Positions 9,313-22,718 of a stretch of DNA of 64,000 nucleotides are shown piece after piece (within the stretch, counting starts at the first letter, position 1; the number at the start of each line of letters is the position of its first letter). Location: positions 248,001 to 312,000 of the forward strand of contig JBODTK010000101.1 of the NCBI GenBank assembly GCA_050613775.1. The letters are read 5' to 3'. The notes beneath the pieces are model-generated. The model was not told where the DNA came from. It searched no databases and saw only the letters and a program-made list of their open reading frames with translations. The DNA comes from Neocallimastix sp. 'constans'. Taxonomy: Eukaryota. The position numbers and the translations under genes were made by a program.

Positions 9313-12300
9313 TTTTTTTATCTATTTTTTTTTTATTATTTTTTATTTTATTCTTCTTTTATTTTATTTTTTAGGCTTTCTTGAAATGGATAATACTTCT
9401 TCAAATTCAGCAACTATACCTGTTTTGCGGCGTGGCCTTCGAAGATACGATATTCAGAATAAAGATTTCATTCTTATCTTTATTCATGATCTTCAATCAT
9501 GGTCTGTTAGTAAACTTTGGGAATTTCTTAGTAAACGTATTTCCAATTGCAATGAAATAGTTCATGGAATTATAAAAACACACACACCTAATATGGAAAA
9601 TTACTTCATTTTAAGGATAAACTATGATAAACCCACTTATTACCTAAGTATTTTATTTCTTCTTACCCATTGCCTTCCAATCAATAAAATTAATTGGATC
9701 CAAACCGACAAAATCAGAACTTTCAATGAAGTTAAGAAATTTAACAACAAATTTTCTTCTTTTGAAACTAAATCAATGGCTAAAGATTTTCTTTATAGTA
9801 ATATTTATTCACCGTCTACTCAGTTCTTTAATCTTCGTGTCAGTTGGAACATTAATGGATGGAATGATGAAAAACGTGATGGTATTAGATACTTTAATGA
9901 AATTTTTAAAGCCATCTGTATTTGCTTGCAAGAGGTCGGTAATAGCCAATACCTTAATGTACATTCAAATAATTACCTATTTCTTTGTCACTATAATACA
10001 ATTTTACGAAAAGCTGATCCAAATATACCCGGTATGAGAGGTCTTAGTATAAGTGTACATCGTTCTTGTTCATTTTCTCCTGATCCCTTTGAATATAAGT
10101 ATATCATTTCTGTCAACATTGCTTCTTTTTGGGGAATTAAATGCACTATTGGTAATATTTATGTTCCTACGGTCACTCATAAGGAAGAAAGAAAGAATGC
10201 CTTTTCAGAAATTACTAATTGGATAAAGAAACATACTAATACACCTTCTATTCTTGTAGGTGACTTTAATATGTCTAAATCCCAATTAGTAAGTTTACTT
10301 AATAAATCATCTCATCAGTGGTTCACTAAAAACTTATCAGGTCTCGATTTCACATGGGCTCGGGATGGTAGATCGTCTTGTATTGATCATGTTTTATTTA
10401 ATTGTAAAATGAAGGAATACATTAATAAGGTATCTGTTTGTAGTACTTTCAATGATATATCTGACCACTTCCCTCTTATCCTTTCCTGTAAGAAAGATGA
10501 CTCAGAAGGTTTTCGTGCTCCTACTCCTTCTAGAAGATTCAAGTGGTCCCAACGCATGTGTAATGAAAAGCATAATGAAATATTCTCAAGTAACTACTTC
10601 TCAATTCTTCTTAATGAATTTGATGATAATAAAGTATTAAGTTCTAATGAAATGGTCAATAAATTTATAGAAACAGCTAATAAAGTTGGTGATAAAGTTC
10701 ATGCTAGAGTTCCTTGTGATCTTAAAGGCTCAGCTTTCCACTGCCCTTATTATATTAAGAAACTTTCTCATGAAAAACATGTTGCATTTAATGAAATCAA
10801 AAATTTTTCTTTAGGTTCTAATCTTGAAAACCTTAATGAATTTTTAAATTTGCTTCGTGAATATAAAAATATATTCTAAAGTCAGGTCAATAAAGTTTTC
10901 TATTAAATCAAAACAATTTCATCAGTCAATAGAATCTGCATGTAATGATTTTCGTAATAAAAATGCTAGGAGTGCTTGGTTAAAATTAAAGAAGCTATCT
11001 CACCCTATGTACTCTAATTCTATTTCGTCAAGTGTTTTAAAGGACAAGCAGGGTAACTTTATATTCTCTCATTCGGATCAATTAAATCGATTTGCTGAAC
11101 ATTACAGTGAACTAGCTTCTGATGTTACTCAACACAGTTTGGATAATGAATACTGGGTAAGTTTATTTGGAACTAATCCTAATAATAATCTTACTTGGGA
11201 TATTAATGATTCTATTACTATGGAAGAAATTCAAAACACTGCGCTTGATATGAAAAATAATAAAGCTCCTGGACCCGATGGTATTCCGATTGAATTTTTT
11301 AAAGCCTTCTTTAGTAAATCTGATTTATCCGATAATCAAGATGATTCTTCAGATGATCACTACTCTAAGTGTGCTAAATGTTTACTTTCATTATTTAACA
11401 AAATCTGGGATGGTGATTTCCCTGAAGAGTGGAATTCGGCTTCTATAATATCAATTCCAAAAAAAGGTGATCTTTCGGATTGTAATAATTATCGTGGTAT
11501 TTCTCTTATTAATGTTGGCTTAAAAATTATTTCAAAGATTGTTACTAATAGAATTGCTAAATATGCCCTTGAACATAAATTTGTTAGACCTGAACAATTT
11601 GGATTTAGAAATAAAGAAGAATGCATAAGTTTATATATTTCAATTAGAGAGATTTGTCAAAGAAGAAAATTTCAAGGAAATTTTACTTATCTTGCTTTTC
11701 TCGATCTTAAAAAAGCCTATGATTCAGTACCTATCTTTAATATTTTGACCAATATAACTTAGGAATTAGAGATAAATGTCATCTGTTTTTAAAGAATCTT
11801 TATCTATCTTCTAAAGCTCGTGCTTTTTTTAATGGTAAACTTTCAGAAGAATTTTCGATTAATCGGGGTATTAGACAAGGATACCCTCTATCTCCTATTT
11901 TATTCAATTTGTTCATTAATGATATACTGGATAATTGTGATAAGTATGGTGTATATTTAGATTCTCAATATTGTTGTGGTGGACTTTTTGCGGATGATAT
12001 TGTTTTAGTTGCTCCATCTAAACAAGCTCTTAAGAAAATTTTGAATAAAGTTCATGAATGGGCTATTAAGAATGAAATGACTTTTGGAATTAATATGTGC
12101 GCTACTCTTGTTGTAAAACCGATTAACTTTGTTAAACCAATAAACTATGAAGATCCATCTTTCTTTATTGGTAGTAAAAAATTACCTAAAACTGACAACT
12201 ATACTTATCTTGGTATTCCTTTTGATAAATCTTTATCACTGAAACCTATACAATCCAAATTAAACAGTAATTTAAATGTCAAATTAAATTTGTACTTTCG

Positions 12301-13609
12301 ATTTCTTATTAATAAATCTGTTCCTCTCCCATTGAAGAAATATGTTTTAATTTCGTTTATTCTTAGTCTTGTTACATATTATGCTCCTCTCATTGGTTCA
12401 AATAAGAGCAGATGTTCTAAAGCTCAAAAAATTATTAATAGAGGACTTTATTGGAGTTATGGATTTAAATCTCACAATTCTTCTGTTAGTCTCTATGATA
12501 TTACTCGTGAATTGAGAATACCTCCTCTTTCAGCTATCTGTGCAATATCTCAATTAGGATGCTTTAGAAAATGGAAAAATTCTTCATGTATTATTAATCA
12601 TCTCACTAATAATATTCCTACTATGTCACATTACTCATGGACTAAAGAATCAAGGACTTTGGATAAGAAATTAATTGGTAAAAAAACAAATGAAATAAAA
12701 AAGTTTTAATGGGAAAGGGATGTCTTCAAACCCTCAAAAGCTAAAAAAGCAATTATTTACAAGGAGAATGATTTTGGATTTATTTCAGAAATCAGAAACT
12801 TAACATTTCAATATCCTAAGTATCAGTTGGGATTCTTTTGGATTTCTCGAATTAGGTGTGATTTTAAATTTGACATTAGTATTTCCATTAAAAGAAAAAT
12901 CGTCTCAGAAGATTGCCCTAAATGTTACCCTTGTTGTGGTGTTAGTGTACCTAGCTTTTCTCACTGGATCTTTGCCTGTAAAGAATTGGAAAATTACAGA
13001 AATAAATCTTTACCTTTTCTAGATGATCTCTTTTTGAAGTTTGCAATGATAATTGAACAAAAATCCTTGTATATTTCTTTAGATTCAGAAAAGGATTATG
13101 ATAATAATATTTATTATTATATATTGAGTGCACTTCCTGGTGGGCGTTCAATATATTCAAAAATTAAAGTTAATAATGGGGAACAAAGACAATTAGTTGA
13201 CAATATTTTTAAACAAAGTTCAACTTCGTCAACTGTTCTGAATTTTGTGGGGATTGCGGAGTTTCTAACAAACGTAATACCATTAATTTGTCGATCTTTT
13301 AGTTTGATGATGAAATGGTATTCCGTTGAATCTACCGTTGCCAAGAGCGTCGACGTCGAAATGATAAGGCATGGATTTTCACCTCCAGATACAGATTCGA
13401 TTGATAACACTAATACTGAAATTATTACTCGCAATAATGGACGTGGTGTTATTATCGAGGAATGGGAAAAGTTAGAGGCTATTGCTTCTAACGCACTTTT
13501 ATAATTTTATAATATATAATATTTTATTTCATGTATTTTATTTGTTATTTTTTCATTTAATTCATATACTTTTATTATTATTATAAATTAAATAAAGTTA
13601 TTCTCTAAG

Positions 13610-13648
<39 letters not shown>
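9313..13648 (+). mobile_element. Near full-length non-LTR retrotransposon (family B; RTE/RTEX-like motifs), inactivated
   Basis: T-rich leader, ATG at 9386, APE motifs (SWNING, ICLQE, NIYVP, ILVGDFN, CIDHV, SDH), RT motifs (NYRGISL, LFADD), zinc knuckle, 3' end TTCTCTAAGTCT plus poly(A) 13613-13648. Confidence 0.92.
9386..13504 (+). pseudogene. Disrupted single APE-RT-CCHC ORF
   Basis: Frameshifts near 10870 and 11755; in-frame TAA at 12707-12709 where family A reads FYW; the pieces are colinear with the 6334-9045 protein. Confidence 0.88.
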
Positions 13649-13650
<2 letters not shown>

Positions 13651-13728
13651 TATTTTTTTCATTTAAATCTTGTAATTTTATTATTATTATAAATTAAATA
13701 AAGTTATTCTCTAAATCTAAAAAAAAAA
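13649..13728 (+). mobile_element. 80-bp family B 3'-end copy stacked on the preceding poly(A) tail
   Basis: Repeats the last part of the 3' UTR (tttttcatttaa...aataaagttattctctaaatct) with its own A tail. Confidence 0.8.
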
Positions 13729-13769
13729 TTTTATTTTTATATAACAATTATTTAATTTTTAAATTTAAT

Positions 13770-14210
13770 GATTTAATATTATTACTTTTAGTAATTTTCT
13801 GAACAATGAGTGTGTAAATATTTATGTGACGTGGTACCTATTATTTAACTTCCATTTTGGTGGAAGAGATATAGGCAATATTGATTTAAATCATAAAAAG
13901 GAATGGGATGTTTTGCTTAAGAACCAAATTATTTCTGGTGATTATTCAAAAACGCCATTCTAGGTACGGTCGGCGGCTCTCTTTATAGAAATTATGCCTC
14001 GGGCTAGTACTCGACATGGGTTACTATTCCGAAAGTATAAACGCAAACTAACCAGGGGCGTCAATGATGAAAATGTAGTAAGACAGGCCTAGCAAGGCCA
14101 ATGCCTCTAAAGGAGAAGACCATAATTTCTTTCAGATAGTCAATTCAAACCCTAATCCATAAGGATATGAGGTTCATTGCATATGAACTTTTTTCTGAAT
14201 TTATTTATAT
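13770..14210 (+). mobile_element. Degenerate family A-type LINE 3' coding fragment
   Basis: Homologous to ~22125-22580 and to the C-terminus of 6334-9045 (LGGR, EW..L, SGDYSKTPFL, gtaagacaggcc, EDHNF). Confidence 0.8.
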
Positions 14211-14230
14211 CCCATTGATGTGGACTATTT

Positions 14231-14835
14231 TTCCAGGTCCATGGAGGGTTAATGGAAAAGGAATAAACTATATATCAGGTGTACTAATTGTAGCTTTCTG
14301 TGATTCTGATGATAGTCGATGGTTATCATTTCCAAAGTGGCTTCTAGTACAAAGAGAGAAAATTGGAATACTGGAAGACTGTTGAAAGTGAACTTGATGT
14401 TTTTAATTGTTTTAAACTGGATATGTAGTAACATTGGAATTGTATAATTAATAATATCATATAGTTTCTACATATTATCATTGTAATGAATCTATTGTAT
14501 TTTTTTACTTTAGCATTATTTTGTATATGTATTTTTTTATAGTATTATTTAAACTCTCATGTAGCTATTGTAAAATAGAAATGTAGGAGATTGATTCATT
14601 TCAAAGCTTGTTAAAGCTTGTGCTTAAAACATTATTTAATGGATGGGAATCTTTTTATAGTTTTTCACTACTAACATTATTTACATTTTCATTTCAGTTT
14701 ATTTATGAGTACATTAGAGAAAATTATTTTATCAATCAAAGCTATATAATCAAATAGAATTTCAGAGACTCAAAAGATAACAGGAAAAAAAAAAAGAAAA
14801 AAAGAAAAAAAAGAGATTATTCATTACTACAGAAT
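14231..14835 (+). repeat. Dispersed repeat X, copy 2
   Basis: Direct repeat of 5464-6040. Confidence 0.8.
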
Positions 14836-15027
14836 TTTTAAGTCGTTTATTCTATTTAAATTTAATCAATTACTGCACAAAGTTAGGAACTTCATATTAT
14901 TTTTTTTATTTAAATTTTTATAATTTATTTTTTATATATTTTTTATTTATATCTATATTTCTTAGTTTTTAGTATTTTAGTTTTTATTTGTTTCGTTTTT
15001 TTTTTAATTTATAGTTTTTAGTTCATC

Positions 15028-17073
15028 ATGGAGAAGATATTTCACCGGGGTTTTTGCTGTTATGGAACATCTAATGACAACACAAGGTTGATTTTTATCG
15101 GAGGTATATACTCATGGACTAATGCTAAAATGAAGGAATTTATTCATTCTAAATGCAAAAAAATTCAAGGTTAATACTTTATCAGTAAAAAGAATTACTA
15201 AATTTAATGATAGCTTCTTCAGGATAAAAGTATACACTCCACATTTCAACCACGAAAAATTTGAAGAAGTATTTGAAAAATCATAATCAGGAGTTAAAAT
15301 TTCATATTGTAGATGTTCCAAATGGGATCTAACAAAGAAAGAACGAGAACTACACAGACACTAGTTAATATAAAATTTTACTTGCGTTCCATTTTCTTGT
15401 GGTTTTAAATGTTATCTTTTTGGTGAATTTGGAATGAAGTATTTTATGGATATTGAAATTCTTTATGGAAAATTTTTTTGTAATTACCAAAAATAGTTTT
15501 ATATCAAATAATAATTTAAACACTATTGTCACAGATATGAATAATGTAGAATCAAGTACTGATTCTGATAATGGTAAAATATATATGCAATAACGCTCCA
15601 AGCGGCGCCTAGACTAGCTAATAACCAAATCTTTTTATAGTTATTTTGTTCTCCATCGTTATCTCTTTCATTGCTATTTTCTTCATAGTTATAATGTTGA
15701 TAATCGTTAATATTTCATGTATTAAAGAAAATGACTTTGTTAAAAATAATGAAAAGAAATTTCATAAGAAATTTTATATTAAAAGAAAATCAACTGCTAG
15801 ATTTTGAGCTTCAAATTAAATATATTATAAAAAATTTAATATAGAGAATATTCCTAAGATTTCACATTTCTCATGGACAAAAAAAATTATGTTCTCTCCA
15901 TAGAAAAATTAGGTATGAAAATATTATGAAATATAAAAATGTAATTGAATTCTATTGGTCAAATAATAGTAAACATCAAGGAATTAAAGGGACAGATTAT
16001 GATAAATATAAATATATTGAAATAAGAAAATCATTCAAACTCAGCCTTGAATATCCCCAACTTAATTTAGGTTTTAATTGGATTTTAACATGAAGATCTG
16101 GTTTCAAATACAACCCTATTATTGCTATCAGAAGTAGTTGAATTTCTGACAATCGTCTGAAAGTCTACCCATGCTATGGAGAAGGTGAACAGTTGTCCAT
16201 TCACTGGATATTGGAATGTTTTTCCTTTTCGTCATATAGATGCCAATCTTTAGATTTCATCAATGACCTTTTTATAATATTCAATGATAAAATAAGAATT
16301 CTTTCCTTATTACCAACATGTTCTAATGTTTTTGAATATGAAAATTTTATCAATAAATATTTTCCCATATTCATTCTTGGTGGAAATCTTTAGTTTTAGA
16401 TGAGCTTCAATTATACTGGGAAACGAAGACAATTAAGTGAACAACTCTTAAACAGTTAACAGGGGTCATTTGTTCCGTATTTTGTGGGACTTGTGCATTA
16501 TCTTACTAAAGTAATACCCATCATTAGTAGCTCTCTTGAGTTACTTTTTGATCAATTTCGTAAGAAATCATTCAGTTCCAAGAGTGCAAATGTTATACCG
16601 ATATAGCTTAGGAACAATACTATTAGTCTTATAGATTCGGTGAAAGAAACTAGACTGTTAGTCTTTGTGTTTGAAATATATATATATATATAATAGAGTA
16701 ATTCTCTTAATGAGAATTTCTCTGTATATTCAGGGGAAAGTTTAGTGGTCACAACACTATCTATTTTAAAGATGTTACTTCTTTGTTTTATTATTATATA
16801 TTTATGATGATGATCTTGTTACTACACATAGTATACATCACACCCGAAATTTTTTTTTTAACTTCTGAACTTATTTTTGTTCTTTATTTCATTAAATTTT
16901 CTATGATTAATTAATTTTTTTTTTAATTTTTTTTTATTTTACTTAATCTTTTATATACATTTTATCTTTAATATATATAATGTTTTTTTTTTTTTAAAAA
17001 AATGTAATACATAAAAATATAATTAACTATTTAACAAAGAACTGGAAGTATACTCTCATCTTAGTCTAAAAAA
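15028..17073 (+). mobile_element. Mosaic of degenerate LINE pieces: N-terminal piece, family A fragment, family B-like 3' half
   Basis: 15028 MEKIFHRGFCCY..RLIFIGGIYSWTN resembles the 9386 N-terminus; ~15440-15580 matches ~21835-21975; 15850-16800 shows NIPKISHFSWTK, EYPQLNLGFNWIL, SIHWILEC, FILGG; ends TTAGTCT-An. Confidence 0.75.
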
Positions 17074-17699
17074 TAAAAAATTTTTAATAAATATTGTTAA
17101 GTAAAGTTTATTCCCAGTGCATTTATAAGATGAAATTATAATTTATTAAATCTTTTTTTTTGAGGAGAATTAATAAAATAAAACTATCTCAAATTTCAAT
17201 AATTAAATAATTAAAGTTTTAAAGGAGCAATAGAACAAAGATATTTTTAATTTATTATCTGATAAAAATAAAAAAATACAAAAGATTACTTTGCAAAATT
17301 TAAGAAGGAATACCAATTGATCCAAAATCTATTTTATTTATTCAAATATAAACAAGTACTCCTAGTATAAAAAATTTTATTTAAATTATTAATATCTTCA
17401 ATTACAAATATTAATAATATGAATAAAATTTTTTATACTAGAAGATATTATATATATTTTAAATTATATTTTAAAAGTCAATCATCAAAAAAAGTAATAT
17501 CTTATCTTTATATATATATTGTAACCGAGGAGAAAAAAAATTATATAGTTTAATCAATTTTACATATTTCTAACTACTTCTATAATATTTAGAGAAAAAA
17601 AATGAATATCTATAGAAATAATGTTTTTACTTAATATTGATTTTAACAATATTTAAGTTTTAACTCTTTTTTTTTTTTTTTGAAAAAAAATAAATTTTT

Positions 17700-19339
17700 T
17701 TTAACAAGTAATATAGATAGGATAATGTACAATACGAGAAGTTAATTACCATAATTATTCATTTATTAAAATCAATTATGATATTTCATTTAAGATTACA
17801 CAAGAAAGGATATAGTTTGAAAAAGTGCTTTCATTTTTTTATATTATTAGTAAAGAGTTTTACTAACATTTTTTTTATTTTATTTTTTTCTTTTACTACT
17901 AATACTATATAATTTATATTAATTAATTAATGTATTATTAATAAATAAAATCTAAGATATGGAACATATTTACCAATTCCATAATATCGAACTTGTCATT
18001 TACATATCAAGACAATCAAAAATTAAAATTTTTTATATAGATAGTTTAGAACTTTTTTCTTGAATACCAAGTTGGAATAATTTTATTATATTGTTATATC
18101 ATTAGAATTATATCATAAACTTACTTAAAGATCAGGAAATGTGACATAATTAAATTTATTTTTAAAATTTTAAATGTCAAATTCCTTTAATAAAAATATA
18201 AAAAGAATATTCTTTTCATTTTTTTTTATTGAGAAACCAAGCTATTCAGGTCTAATTTTTTTTTTTTTTTTTTTTTTAAATCATTTTTGAAAGTTTTACC
18301 TATAATAGTTGAATTATAATTATTTATAAACTGATACTCCCAAAGGAAATGAAATTATCATAGATATCATTCTATTAAAGAATGAAAGTTTCATTAAAAA
18401 GTAACCATCAAAACTTTTGAAATTCAATGTTGTATTATCGGTAAACTTCTTGATTATGGTAAAACTATACTAAGATCATTCAGTTGTTAATAAGTACTGC
18501 TATACACTAAGTGAATACAATTTTCATATGATGTCCAAAAAGAAAATGGTATATCAGAGAATATTTCATCTTATATAGATTATATTTTAAGAATTACTTT
18601 TTAAAGATTTTGTGAATTTTTTTTTATCTTTTAGAATTCTATTGGTATCTTTCCTCTTTTGCAGATAAAATACTTTTATAAATGAGTAAAAAGACTTATG
18701 GTATTATAAAAAAATTTTTATCAAAAATATTCCTGTCAAATATGTGTACTTTTGGACAAAAGAACTTATTTAATAATTTAAATAAAAGAAAGATAAAAAT
18801 ATTAGTCTGATGGTAAAATAAGATATTAAAGGGATAAATTTTAATATATCATAGTCTATTCTATCCAAATGACTATCTGATCTTAGTATATCTAATTTAA
18901 TTTAATATTAATCTTATTTTATAATATATATTCAATGAAAGTATTATTAAATTTCAATTTTTATTTAATGATATTAATATTTATAATTAATAATAACTTA
19001 TATACTTATATTTTAAATAAATTATATTAGCAAAATAGAATTATATTACTTTAATTAAACTATCTATTTAAAATATAATTTAACTCTTTTGTCCTTTTGA
19101 AAGGTTTCACTATTATCAAACATATAAAATAAATTTTTTATATATGAATATTTTTTTTACATTATCATAAATATTTAACTCTATATATATTATGAAAAAA
19201 GTAAAATTAACTTCCAGAAATTCTATTAGTATTTCTTTTAATATAATAGCAAATGTATTATATATATATTAATTTTTTTTCATTTACTGATTTAATTTAT
19301 TTTAACAAATAATTTGTCGAGGCCTGGCCATAAAAAAAA
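17700..19339 (+). mobile_element. Ancient, highly decayed LINE RT relic
   Basis: 18640-18770 translates to NIPVKYVYFWTKE, matching NIPKSRKYTWTKE; a possible 3' end TGGCCAT-An at 19325-19339; boundaries uncertain. Confidence 0.5.
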
Positions 19340-19357
19340 CCTAAAATATTATTAAAA

Positions 19358-19404
<47 letters not shown>

Positions 19405-19778
19405 AATATATATACCAAAACTAAATTATAATGACAAAGTAAAATCACTTAAAGTTTGTTTATCTAATTTATCCAATAATATATTAGAACTAATTAATAA
19501 TAAGTATTATATTCTTTTAGGATTCTTTGTTATGTATAAATAATTGCATATTCCTCTTTTTTTCTTTTTTTTTTTTTTTTATCTTGTAAAAAAGAATAAC
19601 TAAAATTCGTTATTTTTAAAAAATAAAAATATATTATAGAATATATTATATATATAGTTTATTTATATTATATTAAATAAGTAATAAAAATAAACAATAA
19701 CAATCAAAATTAAAAGTTATAAACAAAGAATAAATATACAATCTAAAAATTTTAAAAATATTATAAATAAAAACAAAA

Positions 19779-21077
19779 ATGAGTTTATTCAACAAGATTG
19801 ACCGTGCTTTTGGTGTATGTTCAAAAAAAAAAAAAAATATTATTATATTATTTAAAAAATTATTTATAAATATAATATTAATTGATAAAAATAAGAAAAT
19901 TTTATTATTATTTAATATACATTTTTTTTTTTTTTTAAAAAAAAAAAAATAAATAAATTAATAAATATTTATTATTATTAATTTTTAATAAATATAGAAA
20001 CCCGTTGATCCAAAAAAGAAGCTTGGTACATTTGTTCTTGATAAAAAGACTGAAGTTGAATCTTTAAAACAATATGGAAAGGATTTTGCAGTTGGTAAAT
20101 AATGAAGTTTAATTTATTATAAATTAATTATACGTGATTTATAATTGTAAATAATAATTAAATTATTATTAATTTATAAATATTACTCAAAAACAGCAAA
20201 TGATACTTTAAGAGATTGGGCAAAAATTAATGGTGAAGATGTTTCATGTACTATGGATGTAATATTACAAATTTAATATATAAAATTATAAAAAATAAAA
20301 TAAATAATAATTTTGTAAATAATATTGATATTTATTTACTTTTTAATTAATTAGGCTATTGCAGAACTAAATGTTGAAACTAAAAAAATTTTAGATAACT
20401 ATATTAGTAAGTTTAATTTTAAAAATTACTAAATTTAAGAGTTTAAATATTAATATTTCTTGATTTTATAAATTTAAAATAGAATCTTTAAATACTCAAA
20501 TCGGTGAACTCAAGGAAATTAAACATGTAAATGTTAAAAAAAATTTTTTAAAGATATTCATTTTTTAAAGATATAAAAAAATGTTTAAAAATTTAAAAAG
20601 ATTTTATAAATAAATAAAAAAAAAAAGCATTATTAATTTTATTTTTCATTAATTAAATTCTATTTATAGAGCGAAAAGAATTTAAAGGCTTTAAAAAGTA
20701 ATTTAAAGGAATTATCACAAAAAGTTGATGAAAATTTCGTTAAAGAAAAGAATACTCTTGAAATAGTAGAAGAAAATTATGCAAAGGCAAAGAAGGAATA
20801 TGATTTAAAATCAAATGAACATGATGCTTTTGTTAGAGAAAAACTTCGTAAATCATATGTTCATCAATTTGATGCTTTAAAAGAATTAGCACAAAAGTTA
20901 GATATTATTGCTACATTCGGTAAGCATGCTGCTAACCAAATTCCACTTGGTTTTATTCCAGTTGATTCTGAAAAACCAGAATTCAAGGGTAAAGAAACTT
21001 TAAAGGAAATTGTTACTGATGCTAAGGAATCCTTAAATCTTTGGTCAAAGGATGATGAACCAGAATTTGAAGAATAA
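19779..21077 (+). CDS. Pil1/Lsp1-like eisosome BAR-domain protein, six exons
   Basis: Manually spliced with GT-AG introns keeping frame: MSLFNKIDRAFG/KPVDPKKK..DFAV/ANDTLRDWAKINGEDVSCTMD/AIAEL..NYI/KSLNTQIGELKEIKH/SEK..REKLRKSYVHQFDALKELAQKLDIIATFGK..PEFKG..IVTDAKESLNLW..; resembles the Pil1 family C-terminal helices. Confidence 0.8.
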
Positions 21078-21656
21078 AAAGAAAAAGAATAATTAAATAA
21101 TAAATAATAATAGTTATTTATTTATTTTTCTTTTTGTATTTATAAGAAAAATATTTTTTTATTTTTTTGTAAATATCAATTTTTAAAAATTAATTTCCCA
21201 CTCTCTATTCATCTATTTTTTATTGTACTTCTATAAAGTGCTATAAATATTTAATATATTAGTAAATTATACTAATTATTAAATAATATTAAATAAATAA
21301 ATAAAGTAAAAATAATACATATATAAAATTTATATTTAAAAGATATATTTTTATATTTATTTTTATTTTATATATCTTTATAATTATTGTCTTATCAACG
21401 CTATTTGTATCTAAAATAAACTTTCATAACTATTTTAATTACATATGTAATATTTAATATTTGATTTAAATATTTTTATTTTTATTGTAATTTAAAATAA
21501 TAAAAGTTTTTAAAAATAAAAAAAAAAAAAAAGTAAAATAAAAATAAAAATTAAAATAAAATAAAATAAAACAAAAATAATCTATAAAGAAAAATAATAA
21601 GCAAATATATAATGTTTATTATATATATATTTATATATTATATAATTTTATTTTTT

Positions 21657-22682
21657 TTTATATCCACATCTGTCACAAAGTACCAAGTGTGGATATAAAT
21701 TCTATGCTCGTGTTGTCAAAGCCGACAATATAATTGAAGACGATTGCCCAGAACGATTTCCTTTTTAGAGAGAAAATAGTAATCTTCAATTGGAACATTG
21801 GTTTTCTAAATACTATCTTTTCCGTGAATTTCAAATGAAATATTTTTTAAGATATTGAAATTCTTTATGAAAAATTTTTTATAATTTCAAAATATTGTCC
21901 AATATCAAATAGTAATTTAAGCACTGCTGTCACAGATAATATATAATCAAGTACAGATTCTGATAGTAGTAACGAAGAGTATAATATTAATAATAATAAC
22001 AATAGAAATAATATTGTTAATAATAATAGTATTAGTAATAGTGAAAATAGGAATATTAATATTAGAGATAGTAAAAATAATAGTGTTGTTACTAATAATG
22101 CAGTGAATAAATCAATTGATGAAAAACGCTTTAATATTAGTAATTTTTTGAATTATGAGTATGTAAATATATATGTGACGTTGTACCGATTATATAACTT
22201 CCTTCTTGGTGGAAGAGATGCAGACATTTTTGATTTAAATTAAAAAAGGAATGGAATGTTTTGTTTAATAGCCAAATCATTTCTGGTGATTATTCTAAAA
22301 CACCATTCTTGGTGCGATTTGTCGCTCTCTTTATAGAAATTATGCCCTGGGCTAGTACTCGTCAAGGGTTGCTATTCCGACGGTATAAGCGCAAATTAAT
22401 TAAGAGTCTCAACATTGAAAATGAAGTAAGATAGGTGAGTAGGGCCAATGCCTCTGAAGGAGAAGACTATAATTTCTTTCAAATATTCAATTCAAACCCT
22501 AATCCAGAACATGAATTTCCTTTAAACAGAAATCTTATAATCTTGGAGGTGACTTATAAACTTTTTTCTGAATTTATTTATACACTTTTATTTTGTATAT
22601 TTCGTTTTTATTTCACATTACTTTTCAAAGTTCTATTATGTTATAATTGGATAAATAATATTTATTTTTTATTAATTCTGTG

Positions 22683-22718
<36 letters not shown>

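Noticed and set aside
9230..9385. Upstream ATG extending the APE ORF
   Set aside because: It reads through the previous element's 3' UTR and poly(A) tail; ATG 9386 is the more plausible start.
10860..12709. Programmed frameshifting or readthrough in the family B element
   Set aside because: Three independent lesions at positions that are continuous in the intact family A ORF; ordinary decay or sequencing error is simpler.
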